Of a stretch of 32,000 bases of DNA, positions 17,221 through 26,505 are shown one piece after another (position 1 is the stretch's first letter; every line of letters begins with the position of its first letter). Made by a program: the position numbers and the translations under genes. Below the pieces are notes generated by a model, which saw nothing but the letters and a program-made list of their open reading frames with translations, did not search any database and had not been told where the DNA came from. Source of the DNA: Methanothermobacter thermautotrophicus str. Delta H (GTDB taxonomy: Archaea; Methanobacteriota; Methanobacteria; Methanobacteriales; Methanothermobacteraceae); NCBI RefSeq assembly GCF_000008645.1, contig NC_000916.1:210001-242000 (forward strand), written 5' to 3'.

Positions 17221-18906
17221 ATGGGCTCTGCAGCTTTATTAAGACCAGAATCCCTCGATGAAAAGATAACACTTTCAATGAGCATTTCTGTACTCACAAT
17301 ATCCGTCATGGCACTGATTCTATGGTTAACCGGGGCACTCCAGACACCCAAGGTTGGACCCTTCCTTGATAAGGACCCGACCATATTCATGAGCTTCATT
17401 CTCCTGGCCGCCGCCATACTCGCCCTGAAGGCTTCTAGGAAAGTAACATCCCTCGTTCTATCACTGATGGTCCTGGCCATCCAGTTCTCTGGAGGTAGCC
17501 AGCCCCTCCACCCTCAGGCATGGACAGTAACATCCATGATAATCATATCATACTCCACTGCAGTGATCCTTTTTTCAATTGAAAGATACTCGGCTGCCCA
17601 GATAATCAGTTACACTGCGGGTACAGTGGCATATGCACTGTTCCTATCAGAGATTACAGGGATTACGGAAACAGAGCCGCATTTCAGGGCATGCATAACC
17701 TCTGCTGCAATGATGGTGTTCCTGGCCATAGGTCTCCTCAGCACCCACCCATCCCATGGTGTTGTGGAGCCACTCTATTCAGGGAGGATCGGGGGCTACA
17801 CCGGGAGGATGCTGATACCCATCGTGATAGGGTCCCTGACCCTCACGTCATTCATAGTAATCAGCGGCAGCAGCCACATACCATTCTCTGCCGATGTCTT
17901 CCTGGCCACCCTGAACCTGGCACTTTTAATTGTAATAATAACATTCACAGCCTACAAACTCAACGTGGTGGATTATGAGAGAATAAAAAATCAGAGGAAA
18001 AGCCAGAGGATGTGGAGGTTCTTCAGGAATGTTGTGGATAACCTTGAGGAGGCGGTGGCGGTCCTGGACCGTAACGGGGAAGTCCTGCACAGCAACACCG
18101 CGATGAAGAACCTGGAACTGGACCTCAGGAGACTGTGGAGGGAAAACCTGGAGGGTAAGGATCTTCCACAGCCCATAGGAACCATCAGGTCAGGTGGGAG
18201 GTACTTCACGGGATGGGCCATACCCCTGGATGATGGTGGGATCATATCCCTGATGGATATAAGCGGGCTTGTGGAGGTACAGGAGGACCTGCGGTCATCC
18301 CTCAGGGAGAAGGAGGCGCTGCTGAGGGAACTTCAGCACAGGGTCAGGAACAACCTTCAGATAATCACAAGCCTCATAAACATCCAGCTTCAGGATGCAG
18401 ATGGCCCGGTAAAGGAGGCGCTCCTGGCTACCCAGACCAGGGTGAGGGCCATGACCATAATACAGGAGTCACTCTACAGCACTGATGGCTACAGCAGTGT
18501 ACACATCGAATCATGCATCTCCCGGATGACAGAGCACCTCAAATCCCTGCTGGGTGCACATGGTGTGGGATTCAATATCAGGGCTGACCTCAGACTCAAC
18601 CTTGAAACAGCAATGCCCCTCTGCCTCATGGTGAATGAGCTTGTGACAAATGCCATAAAACATGCATTCCCTGAGGGGAAGGGAGAGGTCCACATTGAGA
18701 TAGATGAGGGGGAATCGGGGTACCACATGCGCTTTGCAGATGATGGCATTGGGTTCAGTGGGGAGGGGGAAGGCACCGGCCTGAAACTTGTAAGGATCCT
18801 TGTGGAGCAGCTTGAGGGTGACCTGAAGATACTTGTAGATGAGGAGAAAGGGGGGACAGAGATACTGGTGCCCTTCAGGGAACTCCAGTACAGGGAGAGG
18901 ACCTAG
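17221..18906 (+). CDS. Membrane sensor histidine kinase (HisKA_2/HWE-like DHp)
   Basis: Multiple TM helices, PAS-like segment (VAVLDRNGEVLHSNTAMKNLEL), ELQHRVRNNLQIITSLINIQL, and HATPase motifs LMVNELVTNAIKHAF, DDGIGFSGEGEGTGLKLVRILV. Confidence 0.85.
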   Translation: MGSAALLRPESLDEKITLSMSISVLTISVMALILWLTGALQTPKVGPFLDKDPTIFMSFILLAAAILALKASRKVTSLVLSLMVLAIQFSGGSQPLHPQAWTVTSMIIISYSTAVILFSIERYSAAQIISYTAGTVAYALFLSEITGITETEPHFRACITSAAMMVFLAIGLLSTHPSHGVVEPLYSGRIGGYTGRMLIPIVIGSLTLTSFIVISGSSHIPFSADVFLATLNLALLIVIITFTAYKLNVVDYERIKNQRKSQRMWRFFRNVVDNLEEAVAVLDRNGEVLHSNTAMKNLELDLRRLWRENLEGKDLPQPIGTIRSGGRYFTGWAIPLDDGGIISLMDISGLVEVQEDLRSSLREKEALLRELQHRVRNNLQIITSLINIQLQDADGPVKEALLATQTRVRAMTIIQESLYSTDGYSSVHIESCISRMTEHLKSLLGAHGVGFNIRADLRLNLETAMPLCLMVNELVTNAIKHAFPEGKGEVHIEIDEGESGYHMRFADDGIGFSGEGEGTGLKLVRILVEQLEGDLKILVDEEKGGTEILVPFRELQYRERT

Positions 18907-18985
18907 CAGTTAAACCATGGAGGTGAATGGAATACGGTGGCTGGCATCTGACATGTACTGTCACTGTATCTGAGGGGGGAAACAT

Positions 18986-19519
18986 TTGATAGGAATGAAC
19001 TCCATAGATATTTATATGACCCTTGAGGAGAGAATATCCTCGGCCTTCCGGATGGATGAGGAAACATGGTTGAGGCATGCAAATCCATGGAGTGTCTGGA
19101 CAAGACTCACGGCACTGCCCCTTCTTGTTGCAGCGTTCTGGAGCAGGGAGTGGCTGGGCTGGTGGGCTATCATACCGGTAACCCTCGCGGTCCTCTGGAC
19201 CTATCTGAATCCCAGGATATTTAAAAGACCGGAATCTACGGACAGCTGGGCATCCAGGTCGGTTCTCGGTGAGAGGGTCTGGTTGAACCGTGATAGGATC
19301 CCTGTACCCGAGCATCACAGGAGGGTCCCGGTCATACTGAACCTCATAGCAGCCACCGGGACGGTCCCCATTGTTTGGGGTGTCTACCGCCTGGAGGTGT
19401 GGCCGCTCTTACCTGGATTTGCAATGGTCTACCTTGGCAAGCTGTGGTACCTTGACAGGATGGTCTGGCTGTACCAGGACATGAAGGAAAACCCTGAATA
19501 CAGGGACTGGCTCTATTGA
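18986..19519 (+). CDS. DUF6653-like small membrane protein
   Basis: WLRHANPWSVWTR, two TM segments, LNPRIFKRPESTDSWASRSVLGERVWLNRD. Confidence 0.55.
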   Translation: MIGMNSIDIYMTLEERISSAFRMDEETWLRHANPWSVWTRLTALPLLVAAFWSREWLGWWAIIPVTLAVLWTYLNPRIFKRPESTDSWASRSVLGERVWLNRDRIPVPEHHRRVPVILNLIAATGTVPIVWGVYRLEVWPLLPGFAMVYLGKLWYLDRMVWLYQDMKENPEYRDWLY

Positions 19520-19662
19520 TGGTTTTCCTGTTCTCCACAACTTTCTGGCTTTTTCTTATATTTCATGAATACTGAGCGGCCAATTTAATAGTTCTCCATG
19601 AATCCGGGACATAAAAACTAACCGGAACTTTGAGATCTGGAGTTTAAAAATCTGATATTGGA

Positions 19663-20127
19663 TTAGATGGCTTTAGGAGGTCTTCCCCGATACTTCATGG
19701 CCTCTTTCCGGATTTCCTGCCGGGCCTCTTCGTCCCATAGATATATCCGTACATAATCAGTTCCCATGAAAATAATATGCCCGCACTCATATTCCCTGTA
19801 TCTTTTTTCGTACATTATTCCGTCCTTCTCGTACCATGGAACATCATAACTGTACGAGAAGGGAGCCCCACAGTAGGGGCACCTTGATTGGTCCACCCAG
19901 TTCTCTGGCATTGGCTTGATTCTGTCAATGCTTTCGTTATTGGATGAGGTCGGGTTCTTTATTGTGTTAACATCATAACTGAAGGAATTATTCTGTGAAT
20001 CCACCTCAACGTTGAGCATCATACCCGCCATAAATGAAAGCGCCCCAAAGAGAACAAGACAAACTACAATCAATATTTTTGTCAGTTTATCCACTGATAT
20101 TCCCCCTGAATCAAAATATTGAAGCAC
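19663..20127 (-). CDS. Membrane-anchored hypothetical protein with CxxC pair
   Basis: N-terminal TM ILIVVCLVLFGALSFMAGMML; RCPYCGAPFSY. Confidence 0.5.
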   Translation of the reverse strand: MLQYFDSGGISVDKLTKILIVVCLVLFGALSFMAGMMLNVEVDSQNNSFSYDVNTIKNPTSSNNESIDRIKPMPENWVDQSRCPYCGAPFSYSYDVPWYEKDGIMYEKRYREYECGHIIFMGTDYVRIYLWDEEARQEIRKEAMKYRGRPPKAI

Positions 20128-20340
20128 CTCTGATGATAATATAAAAAAACTTTAATATATAGTAATAGTCCATAATCTATATCGAAGGCGCTGAATGAGG
20201 ATTCTACATACATAAACCCGGTATCAGGACCGTGAATGGATCAGGGGACGTCCTGTGAAGACAGGGAATCTGCTGGTAGGAATGCGTGGATAAATTGCTC
20301 AAACAGCACTGCTCCATGAACCCAGTTTATGTTATACGGG

Positions 20341-20719
20341 GTGATTTTTTTGGATAGGGGAGCAAGGGTTCTTCTTGTGTTATGTTTCATCATGGTGGGG
20401 GCAGTGGCCTTTAATGGCAGGGATACTTTTCGAAGAGGTTCAACACAAAGGGGATTCACCCATATCATCAGATAGTGATACCCTCAATAGGAAACCTGCT
20501 GTAGATTATTCGGTGGATATGGGGGAGGATTCCGGGACAGACTCAGCCCGTCCACCGGGGGCTGCACCAGGCCATCGCATACGGGGCCCAGTCTACTATT
20601 TATATGATGATGAAATCACCCATGGATGGGTGGCCTGGTACTATGATGTGGATGCAGGACAGTACTTCTCGGAATATGACTCATGGGACCCCAATGCAGG
20701 TGCTACCATGATTAATTAA
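20341..20719 (+). pseudogene. Possible frameshifted small membrane-anchored protein
   Basis: Frame 1 from GTG 20341 gives VIFLDRGARVLLVLCFIMVGAVAFNGRDTF (TM-like); frame 2 gives ...VDYSVDMGEDSGTD...YYLYDDEITHGWVAWYYDVDAGQYFSEYDSWDPNAG. Confidence 0.3.
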
Positions 20720-20797
20720 CCAGAGCATCTGCCGCCAGGTGAATTATTAGTTACAGGGATAATCCTGGAGAAAGCTTCATTTCAATATTTTTATTAA

Positions 20798-20899
20798 ATG
20801 GTGTACCGGACCACACGTTCGTAATAGAGAACTATTACGAAGTTCACCATCCCTCATTAGGCCTCCACCTTTAGGCTTCCCTGAGGCTTAAGCCGGAGG
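20798..20899. repeat. Intergenic palindromic region with perfect 10-bp hairpin
   Basis: TTCGTAATAG-AGAA-CTATTACGAA (20818-20841), outer ATGGTG (20798-20803)/CACCAT (20845-20850), followed by CCTCC (20862-20866)/GGAGG (20895-20899). Confidence 0.75.
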
Positions 20900-21024
20900 A
20901 CCCACCGTTAAACCTTTTCCAGATGAGGGTATACATTTATATTGTACAGTGTGCAGAATGACTGCATGGGATCATATAATGGTTCACTTCGGGGATCTGA
21001 TCCCTGAGCCAGGGGGGTTATATT

Positions 21025-21144
21025 ATGGTTTACTGTCGTGAATGCGGGGAGCTTAATCGTGATGGGGCAAACTACTGTCTTAAATGTGGCAGCCCCTCAG
21101 GGGGAGTGAAGGGGAGGATACCAGGCCTCAACCGGCCCGGATGA
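21025..21144 (+). CDS. 39-aa Zn-ribbon mini-ORF; separate coupled ORF or frameshifted N-terminus of the next gene
   Basis: MVYCRECGELNRDGANYCLKCGSPSGGVKGRIPGLNRPG*; stop TGA 21142-21144 overlaps ATG 21141. Confidence 0.6.
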   Translation: MVYCRECGELNRDGANYCLKCGSPSGGVKGRIPGLNRPG

Positions 21145-22343
21145 AGGCGGGTCCAAGGACCATAACACTCACGGCCAGTGACGACACTGAAAACCTGGGC
21201 AGACTGACCCCTGAGATCCTCAGGATGGACAATGAAACACTCATGAAATGCAACGATGAGATAAAGGAGCTCGTGAAGAAAAGGAGGATCAGAAGAGGCG
21301 ACTTTGAGGGGTCCATGGAGGAACTCATGGCTGAGATAAGATCAAGACTCGAGGCACTGAGTGGGGAGCTCAGGGCACTGAGTCCGCAGCTTCTAAGGGT
21401 CACGGTGGAGATCGACAGGAGTAAACCTGATGTGAAGATCACAACATCCCTGGATAAGGACCGCATGGAAGGCTACCTTGAGAAGATTAAGAGCAGGCAG
21501 CTCTCAGACCAGTCCCCGGCAGCCCCATCATGGAGGGACCTCTGCCCTGTCTGCAGGGAAGCACCATTAACACCATTCCCAAAAAGGAGGGTCCCTGGAA
21601 GGTCTAAGAGGAATATGCGCTGCAGTAACTGCGGCGCAGTCTTCATTTACAAGGGAAATGGGTACCTTCTCAGCAGGGTCTCAAACAGGAACACCAGGGC
21701 CTGGCGCCTGTACGGTGGGAAGACACTCACAGAGGAGGAATGGACCAGGATAGCAAATGGCGGAGTATCCAATGAACTCCAGAGGGAGATCCAGAGAAAG
21801 AGGGATATTGAAGAGAGAAGGAGGGACATTGAAGGATGGCTTAAAAGTGCAGCAGAGGGGAATGTCACATTCAGAGAGCCCCAAACTCCCATAATACTCA
21901 GGAAGAACGAGAGGGCGGTCCTCGTACTCCACAACATTGACCTCTACGAACCGAGGGCCGTTAGAAGGACTGCCGGCGGATACGGGGGCCCCACCATAAG
22001 GGTGTCAAAGAATCTCTCATTCAGGATGGGGGCCCTCAATGCCATAAGCGAATCCCGTGACGAACTCCGGAGGATAGACACCGGTACACTGACCCTGACG
22101 ACACGGAGGATGATATTCACAGGGACAAAGAGGACAACGAACATAGACCTCAGGAAGGTCCTAGCCATCCAGCCCTACACCAATGGCATAGCGGTCCAGA
22201 GGGAGAACAAGAAGAGAACTGAACACTTCCTCAACACGGAAAAAACACTGCTGAACATCACCCACTCCGGGAGGACCCACACAGTCCCCGCAGATGGTGC
22301 GGTGATGAAGGCGGTGATTGAGGGACTTATAAGGAAGCTCTGA
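21141..22343 (+). CDS. Zn-ribbon protein with C-terminal bacterial PH/GRAM-like domain
   Basis: LCPVCREAPLTPF...MRCSNCGAVFIYKG; IDTGTLTLTTRRMIFTGTKRTTNIDLRKVLAIQPYTNGIAV resembles GRAM/bPH. Confidence 0.6.
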   Translation: MKAGPRTITLTASDDTENLGRLTPEILRMDNETLMKCNDEIKELVKKRRIRRGDFEGSMEELMAEIRSRLEALSGELRALSPQLLRVTVEIDRSKPDVKITTSLDKDRMEGYLEKIKSRQLSDQSPAAPSWRDLCPVCREAPLTPFPKRRVPGRSKRNMRCSNCGAVFIYKGNGYLLSRVSNRNTRAWRLYGGKTLTEEEWTRIANGGVSNELQREIQRKRDIEERRRDIEGWLKSAAEGNVTFREPQTPIILRKNERAVLVLHNIDLYEPRAVRRTAGGYGGPTIRVSKNLSFRMGALNAISESRDELRRIDTGTLTLTTRRMIFTGTKRTTNIDLRKVLAIQPYTNGIAVQRENKKRTEHFLNTEKTLLNITHSGRTHTVPADGAVMKAVIEGLIRKL

Positions 22344-22372
22344 CCAAAAAATAACTCAGAGGAGAGAATAAC

Positions 22373-25007
22373 TTGAGAGGAACTCTAAAGAAGATTGGGG
22401 GGATAGAATTTGGTCTCATGTCCCCAGAGGATATCAGGAAGATATCCGTCGCCCAGATCGTCACCCCGGACACCTACAACGAGGACGGGTACCCCATAGA
22501 GAACGGACTCATGGATCCCAGGCTCGGTGTGATAGACCCCCGGTTCCGCTGCTGGACCTGCGGCGCAAGGGGAGGGGAGTGCCCGGGACACTTCGGGAGC
22601 ATAAACCTTGCAAGGCCGGTCATACACGTGGGATTCGCAGACACCATACACAAGATCCTGCGGTCAACCTGCAGAAAATGTGGGAGGGTCCTCCTCACCG
22701 GGACTGAAATCGAGGAATATATCAGAGGATACTTGAAGCCATGGAGAAAGAGGAAAACTTCACGCCACTGGTAAACAGGGTATACTCCCTTGCAAGGAGG
22801 GACAGGTGCCCCCACTGTGAGGAGGAACAGCAGGAGATCAAACTCGACAAGCCCGTCTCAATCGTCGAGGGAGACTACAAGCTCACACCCAGTGAGGTGA
22901 AGGAGCGTCTTGAGAGGATAAGCGATGACGACGCCCTCATCCTCGGTGTCAACCCCCAGGTTGCAAGGCCAGAATGGATGGTCCTGACAGTCCTCCCGGT
23001 CCCCCCGTAACGATGAGGCCCTCAATCACCCTCAAAAACGGTGAAAGGTCAGAGGACGACCTGACCCATAAACTGGTCGATATACTCAGGATAAACCAGC
23101 GCCTCAAGGAGAACATGGAGGCAGGGGCTCCCCAGCTGATCGTGGAGGACCTCTGGGAACTCCTGCAGTACCATGTGACCACCTACTTCGATAACGAGGC
23201 CTCTGGTGTAACCCCTGCAAGGCAACGATCTGGAAGGCAGCTGCTGACGTTAATGCAGCGCTTAAAGAGCAAAAAGGGGATGTTCAGCAGTGAACTTTCA
23301 AAAGGACGGTTTAGGGGCAACCTTTCAGGTAAGAGGGTTAACTTCTCTGCCCGTACTGTCATCTCCCCGGATCCCAACATCAGCATAAACGAGGTGGGTG
23401 TCCCTGAAATCATAGCCAGGGAGGTTACCGTACCGGTCTACGTCACAGAATGGAACATAGACCGTATGAGGGAGTACATAGAAAACGGGCCAGACGTCCA
23501 CCCGGGAGCCAACTACGTCATAAGACCCGACGGACGCAGGATAAGAATCTCCTCTAAAAACACGGAAACTGTCATTGAGAACCTGAAACCTGGATACGTG
23601 GTTGAGAGACACCTCAAGGATGGTGACATCGTACTGTTCAACCGTCAACCATCCCTCCACAGGATGTCCCTCATGGCCCACCGGGCCCGTGTACTGCCCT
23701 ACAAGACCTTCCGCCTCAACCTGTGTGTATGCCCACCCTACAACGCCGACTTTGACGGTGACGAGATGAATATTCATGTACTGCAAACAGAGGAGTCCAG
23801 GGCAGAGGCAAAAACCTTAATGCTCGTCCAAGAACACATGATATCCCCCAGATTCGGGGGGCCTATAATAGGTAGTATAAATGACCAGATATCTGGATTG
23901 TATCTCCTCACAAGAAAATTTGCAGAATTTGAAGAGGAAGAGGTATTCCAGCTACTTAGAAGCGCTGGAATTTCATTACCATCTAGAAGGGGCACTAAAT
24001 GGAGTGGTAAAGAAATATTTAGCCTGATACTCCCAGATGACCTCAGCATGACCTACAGGGCAGATGTATGCAGAAGATGTCAGGAATGCATCGAAGATGG
24101 ATGTGAATATGATGCATATGTAGTAATAGAAAATGGAAGGCTCGAATCAGGCGTTATTGACAAAAAAACATGCGGGGCATTTTCAGGTAGATTGCTGGGA
24201 CATATAATCAGGGAATATGGTACTGATGAGGCCCGTGAATTCTTGGAATCAGCCAGCAGGCTGGCCATAGCAGTACTCATGAGGACAGGGTTCACGACAA
24301 GTATCATGGACTTTGACGTGCCCGAAGAAGCTAGACAAATGATAGATTCAGTGCTTGGAATGGTTATGGATCGTGTGGAAGGGCTCACTGAGGACAAGGA
24401 GGATGGGAGAGTCGAACCAGTGCAAGTAATGAGTTCGGAGAAGAACTTTGAGATTACGATAATGAAGGTCCTGGCCGGGGCAAGGGAGAGGGGAGGGGAA
24501 ATAGCCAGGAAGTACCTTGGGGTGGATGGAAACCAGGGATATATGATAACCCGGACGGGTCTGAAGTGTTCATTGCTTAACTTCACCCAGATAACAGCCT
24601 GTTTGGGGCAGCAGTCCGTCAGGGGTGAGCGTATCAGCAGGGGATACGATAACAGGACACTCCCTCACTTCAGGAAGGGAGAGCTCGGGGCAAAGTCCCG
24701 GGGATTCGTACAATCAAGTTACAGGGAAGGTCTGGATCCCATTGAATTCTTCTTCCACGCCATGGGTGGAAGGGATGCCCTCGTGGATACAGCCGTCCGC
24801 ACAGCCCAGAGCGGTTACATGCAGAGGCGTCTCATAAACGCTCTCCAGGACCTCACAGTCGATGAGGATGGCAGGGTAAGGGATAGCTGCGGTAACGTGA
24901 TTCAGATACTCTACGGCGAGGACGGGGTAAGCCCCTGGAGGGGGAAAAATGGCGAAATAGTGGATCTGGAACAGCTGGTCTATGAGATCAGGAGAAAAAG
25001 CCCATGA
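22373..25007 (+). pseudogene. rpoA1: Divergent second copy of DNA-directed RNA polymerase subunit A' with two frameshifts
   Basis: Frame 2: LKKIGGIEFGLMSPEDIRKISVAQIVTPDTYNEDGYPIENGLMDPRLGVIDPRFRCWTCG...ECPGHFG. Frame 1: [16 protein letters not shown]...[14 protein letters not shown]. Frame 3: SGKRVNFSARTVISPDPNIS...VCPPYNADFDGDEMNIHVLQ...FFFHAMGGRDALVDTAVRTAQSGYMQRRLINAL. The three segments abut and total about 878 codons. Confidence 0.9.
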
Positions 25008-25282
25008 ACTGATCTCTGATTCTGAAGCAGACCATTTAAGAGCCATCAGAGGAAATTCCTTAAAAAATACATACCAGCATCTAAAGACTTTATTTTTTTT
25101 GAATTGTTTAAACGGGACCAGCCATCGTTAATTATGAAACCACTGCCATCACTGCCCTTGCAGTGCTTCCAGTTATTCAGTGGCTACCATCCAGGCAACG
25201 CAACAAGCGGCTTCGATGGGATTTCATCAGCTGACATAAACTAGATATACCCTGAGATACAGATACATAGCTGGGAATCTAT

Positions 25283-25801
25283 ATGAGACGTGCTTTAATT
25301 TTGATGGCCATGATATGCTCCACTTTAGCTATCTCTGGCTGTACACAAACAGGTAACAACACCTTATCTGAGAGTACAGGTGTGCCGGTGGCCGAAGTGC
25401 CTGAAATAGCCTACAGGGTTTCAGTTGCCAGTGGAACCATAGATTCAATAGAATATAAGGGCCTCAACCTTTCAATGAACCAGTGCCTCTACATATTCGC
25501 CCGGGCCATAGTCATGCTGGACAGTAACGATAAGGGTAACATACCGGTAAGGGAATATGGCAACCCTGAGAGTCCTGATGGCCGGTTAAGCTCCGCAACA
25601 TTAACAAGGGCCGAGTATGTTGACATGGCCGGCAGGACCTACAGGTGGATGGATTCAGAATGGAAGGGTCCGAATCATGTTGGAATAAGGCAGGAGGGGG
25701 CAGGGGACCTCTCACCGGATATCCTGCTCAGGGCATTTGTCAGGGTCCTCACAGAGTACAGGTCCACGGGTAAACTCCCTGACAGGGTTACTGTACCATG
25801 A
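25283..25801 (+). CDS. Lipoprotein with pseudomurein-binding-repeat-like C-terminus
   Basis: MRRALILMAMICSTLAISGC lipobox; YRVSVASGTIDSIEYKGLNLSMNQCLYIFARAIVML and DILLRAFVRVLTEYRSTGKLPDRVTV. Confidence 0.5.
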   Translation: MRRALILMAMICSTLAISGCTQTGNNTLSESTGVPVAEVPEIAYRVSVASGTIDSIEYKGLNLSMNQCLYIFARAIVMLDSNDKGNIPVREYGNPESPDGRLSSATLTRAEYVDMAGRTYRWMDSEWKGPNHVGIRQEGAGDLSPDILLRAFVRVLTEYRSTGKLPDRVTVP

Positions 25802-25852
25802 TAGAAGAGAATATCGGGTAAACTCCCTGACACCATGATAGAAGAGAATACC
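25768..25852. repeat. Imperfect tandem duplication at the lipoprotein 3' end
   Basis: GGGTAAACTCCCTGAC...ACCATGATAGAAGAGAATA at 25768-25815 (48 bp), then 25816-25852 with an 11-bp internal deletion. Confidence 0.9.
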
Positions 25853-25890
25853 AGTGATATGCCCACCTTCTGTGCCTTTAAGGGATTCCT

Positions 25891-26436
25891 CTAACCAGTG
25901 ACAGACCCGAATAAATTCTGGAAGAACTGTATTATGCTGTTTATGAAGCCCTGGATTGCTTCAAGGACCCCTCCCTGGGCCTCCTCTGTCCCGGTCCCGT
26001 TACCGGTATATGTGAGGGGTTTGCCGCCTGAGGATCCTGTTTCAGTCTTCCCATCTATTTTTGCACTTATTATTTTTCCGCTTTCTGCATCAACATAGAT
26101 GGTCCCGACGATGTTCCCTGAGCTGTCGCGGACCCTCACAACCCATGCATCAGCTATGTACTTGTATTTACCGGTTCCCTCAAATGCATCCTCTTTATAT
26201 TCCCCGAAGGGTATCCATTTAACCTCCCCGGTCTTATTAACCCTCACCTTCGCCTTCCAGTCACTGTAGGCAGGGGTCATGGCCGTGTAGGGCAGACCCT
26301 TTGAGTCCAGGTAGTCCTGTGCCAGTGCCGTTGCCTGGGCCCTCTCAATAATGGGTCCGGAGTCGGCAGAAACCGTTCCAAGAAAAACCAGAACGGTTAA
26401 TATGGATAGAAGTTTTGCAAAGTTCTTAAGGTACAT
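25891..26436 (-). CDS. Secreted PepSY-domain protein
   Basis: Signal peptide; WVVRVRDSSGNIVGTIYVDAESGKIISAKIDG. Confidence 0.75.
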   Translation of the reverse strand: MYLKNFAKLLSILTVLVFLGTVSADSGPIIERAQATALAQDYLDSKGLPYTAMTPAYSDWKAKVRVNKTGEVKWIPFGEYKEDAFEGTGKYKYIADAWVVRVRDSSGNIVGTIYVDAESGKIISAKIDGKTETGSSGGKPLTYTGNGTGTEEAQGGVLEAIQGFINSIIQFFQNLFGSVTG

Positions 26437-26505
26437 AAAACACCTCCCTCATAATTTATGTTATGAAAAGCATATAGTTCTTTGCCTTTTTTTGGTTGAA
26501 GGAGG

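Noticed and set aside
17010-17480. 156-aa minus-strand ORF
   Set aside because: Overlaps the histidine kinase 5' end and the inverted-repeat region, with low-complexity antisense-like composition and no domain; likely spurious.
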